Positions 19,690 to 29,429 of a DNA stretch of 64,000 nucleotides are shown piece after piece. Positions within the stretch are counted from its first letter, which is position 1; each line of letters opens with the position of its first letter. The notes beneath the pieces were generated by a model. That model had not been told where the DNA came from, ran no database searches, and worked only from the letters and a program-made list of their open reading frames with translations. The stretch comes from Flavobacteriaceae bacterium. GTDB taxonomy: Bacteria; Bacteroidota; Bacteroidia; Flavobacteriales; Flavobacteriaceae. The translations under genes and the position numbers were made by a program. The stretch is taken from contig CBFIFD010000007.1 of NCBI GenBank assembly GCA_965661835.1, positions 9,075 to 73,074 of the forward strand, written 5' to 3'.

Positions 19690-20016
19690 TTATAGCATAA
19701 GCAAATTATGGCAATGCACCTCAGTGGCATAGCGTCTTTGACCCTCTGGATCATCCCAAGAACGGGTGACGAGTTTACCCTCTAAAGCAACTTCCTTTCC
19801 TTTGCCTAAATACAGCTCTATCAGTTCGGCGGTTTTTCCCCAAGCAACCACATAATGCCACTGTGTGTCAGTAATGCGCTCTCCTTTATTGTTTTTGTAA
19901 CTCTCATTAGTTGCCATTGAAAACTTTGCGAGCTTTCGGCCTGAGGCTACCGTTACAATTTCTGGATCATTGCCCAAATTTCCGATCAACTGTACTTTGT
20001 TTCTTAACGTACTCAT
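19690..20016 (-). CDS. ssb: Single-stranded DNA-binding protein, short form without acidic C-terminal tail
   Basis: 108 aa. OB-fold core (NKVQLIGNLG.DPE, W..VV.WG..AE). It ends ...VHCHNLLML with no Gly/Pro-rich linker or acidic tip. Confidence 0.85.
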   Translation of the reverse strand: MSTLRNKVQLIGNLGNDPEIVTVASGRKLAKFSMATNESYKNNKGERITDTQWHYVVAWGKTAELIELYLGKGKEVALEGKLVTRSWDDPEGQRRYATEVHCHNLLML

Positions 20017-20244
20017 AATTCTAATTTTTAAATATTAAACAGTTAATAATGCCTGCCAATAGACAGATTGACCCTGCAAAACTCATAAATCTGGGGATTA
20101 AGAATTCACTTTTAAACGTTTAATTTTAATGCAGTATGAATGAATTTATAAATTCGGACTTGGGCAATTTTTGTATCTTCAAACACATCATTGGCGAATC
20201 CCAGCTCGCCGAACTAATTAAACTGAATCAAGACACCTGAGATC

Positions 20245-22155
20245 ATGAGTCATTATCATCTAAAACATTCCGAAGCCTATCATCAAGCCTATCAAGAGAG
20301 CGTAGAACATCCTGAGGCTTTTTGGAATGAAATCGCAAAGCGTAACTTTTTATGGAAAAAATCATGGCACAAAACATTTGAATGGGATCAAAAAAACAGC
20401 AAAGTCCAATGGTTTTTAGGTGGGCAGTTGAACATCACAGAAAACTTGCTGGATCGACATTTGCCAGATAAGGCTCATAAAACAGCCATTATATTCGAAC
20501 CAAATAATCCTGACGAACCTCAGCAAGAAATCAGCTATGCTGAACTGGCCAGATCGGTAAATAAAATGGCGAATGTTCTCAAAAATCAAGGGGTACACAA
20601 AGGAGATCGAGTGTGTATTTATCTGCCGATGATTCCAGAATTGGCCATTACTGTATTGGCTTGTGCACGAATCGGCGCCATACACTCTGTTGTATTTGCT
20701 GGTTTTTCGGCTACCGCACTAGCCGCGCGCATCAATGATTGTGATTGCGCTTTGGTCGTTACAAGTGACGGGAGCTTTCGCGGAGCCAAAACTATAGACC
20801 TTAAGAAGATTGTGGATACGGCCCTTGAAGAATGCCCAGGGGTAAAAAAGACTTTGGTTGTCGCCCGTACCAATCACAAGATCAACATGACACCCCAGAG
20901 AGATCTGTGGCTGGCTCCGCTGTTTGATCAAGCTGATGACGAGTGTTCAGCAACAATTATGGAGGCCGAAGACCCATTGTTTATTCTTTATACTTCAGGA
21001 TCTACAGGCCGTCCAAAAGGGATGGTCCATAGCTGTGGCGGATATATGGTTTACTCAGCGTATACCTTCAAAAACGTATTCCAATACTCTGAAGACGATA
21101 TTCACTGGTGTTCCGCCGACATTGGTTGGATCACTGGCCATAGTTATATTATCTATGGTCCACTGGCCAATGGTGCAACTACCGTAATGTTTGAGGGTGT
21201 TCCTTCATATCCTGACTATAGTCGGTTTTGGGCGGTCATTGAAAAGTATAAGGTCACACAATTCTATACAGCGCCTACCGCTATAAGGGCACTGGCCAAA
21301 GAATCATTGGACTTTGTAACCCCACATGATTTATCCAGCCTCAAAGTATTAGGAACTGTGGGAGAGCCCATCAACGAAGAAGCGTGGCAGTGGTACTTTA
21401 AACATATTGGTCAAAGTCGAGTTCCTATTGTCGATACTTGGTGGCAAACCGAAACGGGTGGAATTATGATCGCACCATTACCCGGAATAACAAAAGCCAT
21501 TCCCACCTATGCCACGTTACCTTTACCTGGGATACAGCCCGTATTACTCGATGAACACGGTAATGAACTCATAGATTCCGAGGCCTCAGGTCTGTTATTC
21601 ATCAAGCATCCCTGGCCTTCTATTGCACGGACGATATGGGGGGATCATAAGCGTTATGTTCAGACTTATTTTGGTGCACATGCCGACAAATATATGACTG
21701 GCGATGGAGCGACACGCGATGCTCAAGGAAACTATCGCATTACCGGACGCGTGGACGATGTTATTATCGTCTCAGGACACAATTTAGGAACAGCACCTAT
21801 TGAGGATGCCATCAATGAACACGCCTTGGTCGCTGAGAGTGCGGTTATCGGGATTCCACACCCCATTAAAGGAAACAGTCTCTTTGGATTTATCATTCTC
21901 AAGCAAAACTCTGACTCAGAAACGGATTTAAAACAACAAATCAACGCGGCGATCACGCAACAAATCGGTCCAATTGCTAAACTCGATCAAATGGTCTTTA
22001 CCAAGGGACTCCCCAAAACACGAAGTGGTAAAATCATGCGGCGAATTTTACGCAACATTGCCCAAAATAATTTTGATTCTCTCGGCGATACCAGCACACT
22101 TCTCAATCCGGAAATAGTCGACGACTTAATTCAAATGATGCAAAAAAATAACTGA
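20245..22155 (+). CDS. acs: Acetyl-CoA synthetase
   Basis: 636 aa. YTSGSTGRPKG AMP-binding signature, WWQTETGG, and C-terminal PKTRSGKIMRR. Confidence 0.95.
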   Translation: MSHYHLKHSEAYHQAYQESVEHPEAFWNEIAKRNFLWKKSWHKTFEWDQKNSKVQWFLGGQLNITENLLDRHLPDKAHKTAIIFEPNNPDEPQQEISYAELARSVNKMANVLKNQGVHKGDRVCIYLPMIPELAITVLACARIGAIHSVVFAGFSATALAARINDCDCALVVTSDGSFRGAKTIDLKKIVDTALEECPGVKKTLVVARTNHKINMTPQRDLWLAPLFDQADDECSATIMEAEDPLFILYTSGSTGRPKGMVHSCGGYMVYSAYTFKNVFQYSEDDIHWCSADIGWITGHSYIIYGPLANGATTVMFEGVPSYPDYSRFWAVIEKYKVTQFYTAPTAIRALAKESLDFVTPHDLSSLKVLGTVGEPINEEAWQWYFKHIGQSRVPIVDTWWQTETGGIMIAPLPGITKAIPTYATLPLPGIQPVLLDEHGNELIDSEASGLLFIKHPWPSIARTIWGDHKRYVQTYFGAHADKYMTGDGATRDAQGNYRITGRVDDVIIVSGHNLGTAPIEDAINEHALVAESAVIGIPHPIKGNSLFGFIILKQNSDSETDLKQQINAAITQQIGPIAKLDQMVFTKGLPKTRSGKIMRRILRNIAQNNFDSLGDTSTLLNPEIVDDLIQMMQKNN

Positions 22156-22225
22156 TTTAAATTAAGGTACGGTTTTTGTAGTTAGGGAGTCCGTGGCAAA
22201 TAAACCCTAATCACTAGTTTGCACC

Positions 22226-24628
22226 ATGCGTTTCGTCGTTTATCTATTGAGCCTTATTTACTGTTGTTTTGCGTCAGCGCAAACCCTAACTGTATTAGAC
22301 CGTAAATCAAATGAGCCTATAGTTCATGCAAGCCTATTAGATACTGTGAGCAACGCCTATACTTGGACTGACTTCGAAGGCAAAGCGAGTTTCGAAAATC
22401 TCTCAAAAGAAGCCTTTTTATCAATTCAAGCCTTAGGTTACGAAGGCCGAGCATTAAGCCTAAAACAGTTGAGTGCTCATAATTATCTTTTGTTGCTGGA
22501 CGCTAGCAATACAGAGCTGGATCAAGTCGTTGTTTCAGCCACTAAATGGCGGCAAGCGCGAGACAAAAGTCCCTTGAAAGTCGTCAGCCTCAAGCCTGCT
22601 GATATTGCTCTTCAAAATCCACAAACTACAGCCGATCTCATCGGAAATTCCGGAGTAGTTTTTATTCAAAAGAGTCAGCAAGGTGGCGGAAGTCCAATGA
22701 TTAGGGGATTCGCGGCCAATCGCTTGATTTATACCGTAGATGGTGTGCGCATGAACAACGCCATCTTTAGAGGCGGGAACATACAAAACGTCATTTCATT
22801 GGATGCGCTGTCCTTACAAAACGCAGAGGTGCTTTTGGGACCAGATGCTGTAGTTTATGGGAGTGATGCCATCGGCGGGGTGATGAGTTTTGAGACCCTA
22901 GGGCCACGGTACGCCAAGGACGAACAAGTTTCAGTTTCAGCACGGGGACTCACGCGTACAGCCTCGGCAAATTTTGAACGAACCGCTCATGCAGACCTCC
23001 AGCTGGGATCTAAAAAATGGGCCGTTACCAGTAGTTTTACAAGAACTAGTTTTGGAGATTTACGCCAAGGGAATAATGGCCCTGACGACTATTTAAGGCC
23101 TTATTATGTCAGTCAATTCAGCGGACAAGACTTGATCGTTCCTAACCCTAACCCTAACCGTCAAGCGCCCTCTGGTTATGGTCAAAGTAACTTTATGCAA
23201 AAGGTGTTTTTTCGGCCGAATTCTAAATGGGATTTCAGTTTGGCCTACCACCACTCCGAAACCTCTGCATTTAGCAGATACGACAGGCAATTGAGAATTG
23301 TAAATGACTTGCCGCAATACGGTCAATGGGATTATGGACCACAAAAGTGGACGATGAATCAATTCACGGCCAATCATACAAAAGTCCGTGGGATATTCTC
23401 CGAAATGACCTTGAGGCTGGCAGAGCAAAATTTTCAAGAAAGTCGCATCACTAGAGCCTTTAATGACCCCATACAGCTGCGCCGATCTGAGGATGTTGTC
23501 GCTTATTCAGCCAATCTCGATTTACGTAAATCGATCAGTACCAAAGGGGAATTATTTTATGGTATTGAATGGGTATTGAATCAAGTAAATTCAATAGGCG
23601 TTGAAACCAATATCGATAACAATACAAGTGCAGCTGGTCCCGCACGATATCCAAAATCAGATTGGACATCTTATGCCATTTACCTCTCCTATCAACATCA
23701 ATGGAATTCCAAATTAATGACTCAGGGCGGACTGCGCTACAATGGTATCGGCCTTGATGCACAATTCGATACGCGCTTTTATCCGCTACCATTTGATAAC
23801 GCCAAACTCGATACAGAGGCGGTTACCGGAAGTATTGGCCTAGTTTATCAACCCTCTTCTCTTTGGAATTTCAGGGCAAACGTGGCTACGGCATTTAGAG
23901 CCCCTAACGTCGATGATATCGGTAAAATATTTGATTCAGAGCCTGGCTCAGTTGTGGTGCCTAACCCTGATTTAGTTCCTGAATACGCGATAAGTTGGGA
24001 TTTTGGTGTCGCACACATGCTCCACAAAAAATTAAAACTTGATTTCAGTGGCTACTTCACTCAACTCGACAATGCACTTATGCGCCGTGATTTCACCTTG
24101 AATGGTGACACAGAGATTATCTATGATGGTGTTTTAAGTCGTGTTCAGGCCATACAAAATGCAGCACAGTCACGAGTTTATGGAATACACACCGGTGTAG
24201 AACTAAAACTTCCTTCTGGCTTTGCACTCACCTCCGATCTCAACTGGCAACGTGGTACGGAGGAAATGGAAGACGGAACAAGCAGTCCCGCACGGCACGC
24301 CGCCCCATGGTTTGGTGCCACACGACTCTGGTTTCGCGCCGAGAATCTAGTGATTCAAGGCTATTCGCAATACAGTGGAGGGCTTAGTTATGATAAATTA
24401 GCTATCGAAGAACAATCAAAAACAGATATCTATGCCCTTGATGCTCAAAATAGGCCATATGCCCCTGGTTGGCAAACCTTTAATGTCAAAGCTCAATATT
24501 CACTAGACGCTCATATCGACCTCATCGCGGGTATTGAAAATATTACCGATCAGCGTTATCGAACCTATAGTTCGGGTATTTCAGCCGCTGGGCGTAATCT
24601 AATTCTGGCACTTCGGGCACAAATTTAA
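22226..24628 (+). CDS. TonB-dependent receptor
   Basis: 800 aa. Signal peptide (..CCFASAQ), carboxypeptidase-regulatory-like N domain, plug motifs (GGGSPMIRGF, VDGVRMNN, YGSDAIGGV), and barrel motifs FRAPN...NPDLVPE. Confidence 0.85.
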   Translation: MRFVVYLLSLIYCCFASAQTLTVLDRKSNEPIVHASLLDTVSNAYTWTDFEGKASFENLSKEAFLSIQALGYEGRALSLKQLSAHNYLLLLDASNTELDQVVVSATKWRQARDKSPLKVVSLKPADIALQNPQTTADLIGNSGVVFIQKSQQGGGSPMIRGFAANRLIYTVDGVRMNNAIFRGGNIQNVISLDALSLQNAEVLLGPDAVVYGSDAIGGVMSFETLGPRYAKDEQVSVSARGLTRTASANFERTAHADLQLGSKKWAVTSSFTRTSFGDLRQGNNGPDDYLRPYYVSQFSGQDLIVPNPNPNRQAPSGYGQSNFMQKVFFRPNSKWDFSLAYHHSETSAFSRYDRQLRIVNDLPQYGQWDYGPQKWTMNQFTANHTKVRGIFSEMTLRLAEQNFQESRITRAFNDPIQLRRSEDVVAYSANLDLRKSISTKGELFYGIEWVLNQVNSIGVETNIDNNTSAAGPARYPKSDWTSYAIYLSYQHQWNSKLMTQGGLRYNGIGLDAQFDTRFYPLPFDNAKLDTEAVTGSIGLVYQPSSLWNFRANVATAFRAPNVDDIGKIFDSEPGSVVVPNPDLVPEYAISWDFGVAHMLHKKLKLDFSGYFTQLDNALMRRDFTLNGDTEIIYDGVLSRVQAIQNAAQSRVYGIHTGVELKLPSGFALTSDLNWQRGTEEMEDGTSSPARHAAPWFGATRLWFRAENLVIQGYSQYSGGLSYDKLAIEEQSKTDIYALDAQNRPYAPGWQTFNVKAQYSLDAHIDLIAGIENITDQRYRTYSSGISAAGRNLILALRAQI

Positions 24629-24647
24629 TTTCAATGCTTATTTTAGG

Positions 24648-26078
24648 GTGATGAAAAAACTGATCCCATTAGCTTTAGGTCCCATAATAGCTGGGGCAAT
24701 TCTATTGCTCCCAGAGCCGCTTTTTAATCCATTAATGGATAAAATATTTGCTGGAAGTTTATGGATGGTGATCTGGTGGATCACCGAAGCGGTCTCCATT
24801 TCAATTACGGCGCTTTTGCCGATTGTTTTATTTCCGCTACTTGGAATCAATTCGATTGGTCAAATTACCGTTCATTATGCCAATCCCATAGTATTTCTAT
24901 TTTTTGGAGGATTTGTGATTGCTCTGGCTCTGGAAAAAGTAGCCCTTCACAAACGAATGGCGCTTCATATATTAAAGCTAACGGGGCCACGCGCCAATGG
25001 TGTCGTATTTGGATTTATGTTGGCTACGGCACTGCTTTCAATGTGGATTTCTAATACTGCCAGCACGGTAGTTATGCTCCCTATGGCCCTTTCTGTATAT
25101 GCCTTAGTCAAACAAAGAACGCGACAAAACAAGAAAAAACTCAAGCGCTTTGCCCTGAGTCTCATGCTCGGTATTGCTGCGGCTGCTAATATCGGAGGAA
25201 TGGCAACATTAATTGGGACCCCGCCAAACAGTGTCATGTTGGCCTTTTTAAATAAGCAGTACCAAATAGACATTGGATTTTTTCAATGGATGACTTTTGG
25301 GGTCCCGCTTGCGGGACTACTGTTATTGATCGCTTACTGGATCATCGTACGATTGACCTATCCAAGCGGCCTTGGATTATTGGATAGTGCACACGAGATT
25401 ATTGATGCCGAACTCCAAAATCTTGGCCCAATAAAACGTAAAGAAAGAGCAGTGCTCACTCTATTTTTGCTGACCGTTACAGGATGGGTCCTCAGAGGAC
25501 AAATCAATGAGTGGTGGCCCTCGTTAGCCTTAACAGATACACATATTGCGATGCTTGGCGCTTTGGCACTTTTTACCATTCCGGTAAGTCAAGGAAAAAA
25601 GCCCTGCGTGCTACAGTGGGAGGACACGGCAAAACTCCCATGGGGGATTTTAATCTTATTTGGTGGTGGGCTCGCTCTTGCCAATACCCTTGCGCAAGGT
25701 GGCATTATCGATGCAGTTCAAGTCTTTATCAGTCATCAAAATCAGTGGTCTGCATTGCTGATTCTCATTGCTTTAGTCACCTTGGTTTTATTTCTAACAG
25801 AGCTTATGAGCAATGTAGCCTTGGTCACTGTATTTTTGCCTGTAATTGCGGGGATTGCTTTAGGTTTGGAACAACCCTTATTAACCATGGTCATCCCTAT
25901 TACTTTGGCCTCGAGTTGTGCTTTTATGTTGCCTATGGCAACTCCGCCTAATGCTATTGTTTTTGCCAGTGGTCATATCAGTGTGGCCCAAATGGTGCGA
26001 TCAGGATTTTGGTTGAATCTAATGTGTTTGTTGGTGATTTTACTTTTGAACCAATTCTTATTGCCCTATTTTTTCTAA
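24648..26078 (+). CDS. DASS/SLC13 family anion (di/tricarboxylate or sulfate):Na+ symporter
   Basis: 476 aa polytopic membrane protein. Two hairpin-tip motifs (WISNTAST and LMSNVAL) typical of DASS carriers. GTG/ATG start at 24648/24651. Confidence 0.8.
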   Translation: MMKKLIPLALGPIIAGAILLLPEPLFNPLMDKIFAGSLWMVIWWITEAVSISITALLPIVLFPLLGINSIGQITVHYANPIVFLFFGGFVIALALEKVALHKRMALHILKLTGPRANGVVFGFMLATALLSMWISNTASTVVMLPMALSVYALVKQRTRQNKKKLKRFALSLMLGIAAAANIGGMATLIGTPPNSVMLAFLNKQYQIDIGFFQWMTFGVPLAGLLLLIAYWIIVRLTYPSGLGLLDSAHEIIDAELQNLGPIKRKERAVLTLFLLTVTGWVLRGQINEWWPSLALTDTHIAMLGALALFTIPVSQGKKPCVLQWEDTAKLPWGILILFGGGLALANTLAQGGIIDAVQVFISHQNQWSALLILIALVTLVLFLTELMSNVALVTVFLPVIAGIALGLEQPLLTMVIPITLASSCAFMLPMATPPNAIVFASGHISVAQMVRSGFWLNLMCLLVILLLNQFLLPYFF

Positions 26079-26120
26079 AACTCTCTTTCCCTCCGTAACT
26101 TTGCCGCCTATTTCAATGCT

Positions 26121-28688
26121 ATGAAACACACCAAAGAAGAAAGATTTCAAAAACACGTGCTGTCGAAATATCAAATTTACAACAGCATCTTTATGACCTT
26201 GCCCTTTGATTCAATTAACAAAACTGGGGTCCTTTTACCTCTTTTTGAGGAGCTTTGTGTCTCTGGATACGAACAGGGGAAAAATCCAACCGAAATTGTC
26301 GAGGAGTTCTTTGGTAAATACTGCCCCGACTTTGATAAAAAACAAAGCGTAGACCTCTTGTTTAACTTCATCCAGTACATTGAGCGACAAGTTGTTTTAT
26401 TTGATGCCCTAGAAGAGGCTTCTTTTTCAATCATAAATAATACAGAAGGACGAGGAACCCTGCGCAGTATCAAAGATGAGGCTCATGAAAAAAATCAACG
26501 AGAGGCCCTCAAAGATTATCTTAAGCGATTCAAAGTACGGCCTGTTCTAACGGCCCATCCCACACAATTTTATCCTGGTTCTGTCCTCGGTATTATTACG
26601 GATTTAGCCAAAGCTATTCAGCACAATAAACTGGATGAGATTGAATTACTTTTAGCTCAGTTGGGCAAAACTCCTTTTTTCAAAAAGTCAAAACCGAGCC
26701 CGCTCGATGAAGCTGTAAGCTTAATCTGGTATCTCGAGCATGTATTCTATCATGCGGCGCACAATATTTATAGATTCACCAAAACACACATTTTTGATGG
26801 GGAAGAGCTCCCAAACGAACTCATCAATCTTGGATTTTGGCCCGGCGGGGATCGTGATGGCAATCCTTTTGTTACCTCCGAAATAACTCTTGAAGTCGCG
26901 ACAAAGCTTCGCCGCGCGCTGATGAAAAATTACCATAAGGATGTGCGCAAAATGAAGCGCCGCATTACGTTCAACCAGGCCGAACCCATCGTGATTCGAT
27001 TGGAACAAAAGCTCGCCGAGGAACTCAATTCAAATACGACTATTGAGGGAGATCGAACAGAGGAATTTCTGGATGAATTAAATGCCCTAAAGCAAATATT
27101 AGAAGTGCAGCACGAAGGGCTATTTGTCTCTTTGGTGGATGAATTGATTGAGAAAATGAAGCTTTTTGGATGTTATTTTGCAACCCTCGATATTCGTCAA
27201 GATTCACGCATACACACTAAGGCCATAATGGCCATTGCTGAGTCGTATCCCCAGCTCATTCCCGCGAATTACCTCGAGCTCAATACAGATCAAAAAATTA
27301 CACTTCTGGGCCAATTAAATGGTTGTATCTCGGCCGATAAAATTAATGACCAGATGGGGCAACAAACTTTGGCCTCAATTTATGCCATGAAAAGTATTCA
27401 AGCCAAAAATGGCGCTAAAGCTTGCGAGCGTTATATCATAAGTAATAACGGAAGTGTTGTAAACGTCATGGAGGCCTTTGCCATGATTCGACTCTGTGAC
27501 TGGAAAGAGCCCAACTGCGACGTAATTCCGCTGTTTGAAACTATCGATGACCTCAAAGATGCCGATAAAGTGATGGAGGCGCTCTACACCAATAGTGAAT
27601 ATCAAAAACACTTAAAAAGACGTGGTAATCGACAATCTATAATGTTAGGATTCAGCGATGGCACCAAAGATGGCGGCTATCTTATGGCTAACTGGGCTAT
27701 TTATCGGGCTAAAGAACGACTTACCCAAGTCTCTAGGGATCATGGCGTTACGGCCCTATTTTTTGACGGTCGCGGCGGTCCACCAGCGCGTGGAGGGGGC
27801 AAAACACATCAATTCTATGCTTCATTGGGTAACACTATAGAGCATGAAGAGGTTCAGCTGACTATTCAAGGCCAAACCATTAGTTCTAATTTCGGAACCT
27901 TGGCCTCTTGTCAATACAATCTCGAACAGCTCATCAGTTCGGGAATCTCCAATGAGGTCTTTGCCCCAGATCAAGCCAACATAAGTGCTGAGCAAAGGCT
28001 TATTATGGAACAATTGACTGAACTCAGCTATACGGCTTATCAGGATTTCAAAAACCACCCGAAGTTTTTGCCGTATTTAGAGCGTATTAGCACCTTGAAA
28101 TATTATGCCAAAACCAACATTGGAAGCCGACCGGCCAAACGAGGGGGTAGCGATCAACTGAATTTTAGTGACCTTAGAGCGATTCCATTTGTAGGCAGTT
28201 GGAGCCAGCTCAAGCAAAATGTGCCCGGATTTTACGGTGTTGGTATCGCTCTAGATACCTTGAAAGCCCAAGGAAAATTGGCTGAGCTCCAAGATCTGTA
28301 TAAAACTTCGGCATTTTTTAGAACCCTACTTGAAAATAGTATGATGAGTTTGAGCAAGAGTTATTTTCCGCTCACAAAGTATCTAAAAGACGATCCCGAG
28401 TTTGGTCCTTTTTGGCAACTCATTTATCAAGAATACTTGCGATCAAAAGAATTACTGCTAGAAGTTTCTGGGTTGGAGCAATTAATGGAAGACTCTCGAG
28501 CGATGCGCGCTTCTATTGGTGTGCGGGAGCGTATCGTATTGCCCTTGTTAACCATACAACAATACGCATTGCGCGGCATTCGAGGCATTCAAAAACAAGG
28601 AGGAGATGACCAAGACTTAAAGGTCTATGAGAAAATGGTCACCCGATCACTATTTGGTAATATTAATGCCAGTCGTAATAGTGCCTAA
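26121..28688 (+). CDS. ppc: Phosphoenolpyruvate carboxylase
   Basis: 855 aa. VLTAHPTQ active-site His motif, GFSDGTKDGG and FDGRGGPPARGGG motifs. Confidence 0.9.
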   Translation: MKHTKEERFQKHVLSKYQIYNSIFMTLPFDSINKTGVLLPLFEELCVSGYEQGKNPTEIVEEFFGKYCPDFDKKQSVDLLFNFIQYIERQVVLFDALEEASFSIINNTEGRGTLRSIKDEAHEKNQREALKDYLKRFKVRPVLTAHPTQFYPGSVLGIITDLAKAIQHNKLDEIELLLAQLGKTPFFKKSKPSPLDEAVSLIWYLEHVFYHAAHNIYRFTKTHIFDGEELPNELINLGFWPGGDRDGNPFVTSEITLEVATKLRRALMKNYHKDVRKMKRRITFNQAEPIVIRLEQKLAEELNSNTTIEGDRTEEFLDELNALKQILEVQHEGLFVSLVDELIEKMKLFGCYFATLDIRQDSRIHTKAIMAIAESYPQLIPANYLELNTDQKITLLGQLNGCISADKINDQMGQQTLASIYAMKSIQAKNGAKACERYIISNNGSVVNVMEAFAMIRLCDWKEPNCDVIPLFETIDDLKDADKVMEALYTNSEYQKHLKRRGNRQSIMLGFSDGTKDGGYLMANWAIYRAKERLTQVSRDHGVTALFFDGRGGPPARGGGKTHQFYASLGNTIEHEEVQLTIQGQTISSNFGTLASCQYNLEQLISSGISNEVFAPDQANISAEQRLIMEQLTELSYTAYQDFKNHPKFLPYLERISTLKYYAKTNIGSRPAKRGGSDQLNFSDLRAIPFVGSWSQLKQNVPGFYGVGIALDTLKAQGKLAELQDLYKTSAFFRTLLENSMMSLSKSYFPLTKYLKDDPEFGPFWQLIYQEYLRSKELLLEVSGLEQLMEDSRAMRASIGVRERIVLPLLTIQQYALRGIRGIQKQGGDDQDLKVYEKMVTRSLFGNINASRNSA

Positions 28689-28712
28689 TTTCCATTAAAA
28701 TCGACTTCAGGT

Positions 28713-29429
28713 CTATCCAAAAACCTGGCGGTATATTTCGATTGATTTAGGCCGCTTGAATCCTATCGCGTGTAACTGCATATAATCCATGAGTAAATCG
28801 AGCAACACCCTTCTTTGTGCTGTAGTTGTTTTCCATTGGGTCAATTTTGCAAACGAGGTTTCAGCCAAAGTGTAAAGGTCTTGTATGACCTCGGGGCTAT
28901 AAGTCGAGCCCATTGCTAAATGCTGAAACACACCTTCTTCCATATTGAAATACGGTAAGCGCTCAGGTTGAAAATCAGGATAACATCCCAAATGCTGTTG
29001 TAATTCCAAAACAATTTTTAGATGGAAATTTAAGGGCATTTCTGTAGCATCAAGGGCCAACAAGGCGTCGCTAATAAAGGAAAAAAGAGGAGGGTTTGAT
29101 TCTTGTTCCTGCAGGGTCATTTTAAATACCTCTGCTAAAAATAAAGCCATAGAGCTCTTGATAATATCACTGTGCAAACTTGTGTAATGCATCGCCACTT
29201 TGGCTTCTGTGAGCCGCTCTAATTGACCCTTATCCTTGTGCTTAGCCTCAATCTGGAGTTGGGTCAACGGTTGGAACATCGCTGGCCTAAATGGTCCTCT
29301 TTTTGATTTTTGCAATCCACGAATCATATAACTCCTCAATCCTGAAGATTCTGTCAACATTTTGACAATTACGTCAGATTCTCCGTAACGGACTGTGGAA
29401 AGAACTAAGGCCCGCGTATTCACCCTCAT
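28713..29429 (-). CDS. recO: DNA repair protein RecO
   Basis: 238 aa. N-terminal OB-fold pattern (ALVLSTVRYGESDVIVKMLT) and RecO-like length. Its ATG shares one base with the upstream stop (TGATG). Confidence 0.75.
   Translation of the reverse strand: MRVNTRALVLSTVRYGESDVIVKMLTESSGLRSYMIRGLQKSKRGPFRPAMFQPLTQLQIEAKHKDKGQLERLTEAKVAMHYTSLHSDIIKSSMALFLAEVFKMTLQEQESNPPLFSFISDALLALDATEMPLNFHLKIVLELQQHLGCYPDFQPERLPYFNMEEGVFQHLAMGSTYSPEVIQDLYTLAETSFAKLTQWKTTTAQRRVLLDLLMDYMQLHAIGFKRPKSIEIYRQVFG

Noticed and set aside
20017-20244. The larger intergenic spacers were scanned for tRNA, sRNA, repeats or IS ends: 20017..20244, 33120..33359, 50141..50347 and 62433..62610.
   Set aside because: They contain only AT-rich promoter-like sequence. 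I saw no cloverleaf-compatible stems, no direct or inverted terminal repeats and no repeat-spacer periodicity. A covariance-model scan would be needed to exclude small RNAs.
23880-23990. FRAP ... NPDL boxes in the TonB-dependent receptor, suggesting a heme/hemoglobin receptor.
   Set aside because: The conserved His expected between the boxes in heme receptors is absent (NVDDIGKIFDSEPGSVVVP). FRAP/NPxL-like motifs also occur in many receptor classes.
25511-25951. Long alternative-frame or antisense ORFs inside real genes. Examples are 25511..25951 in the DASS gene, 36468..36899 in eamA, 37611..38012 in the hydrolase gene and 34404..34805 opposite the PLP enzyme gene.
   Set aside because: Each is fully nested in a gene with strong family motifs. 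Their compositions are biased (Arg/Ser/Cys-rich) and they have no independent start context. I treated them as shadow ORFs.
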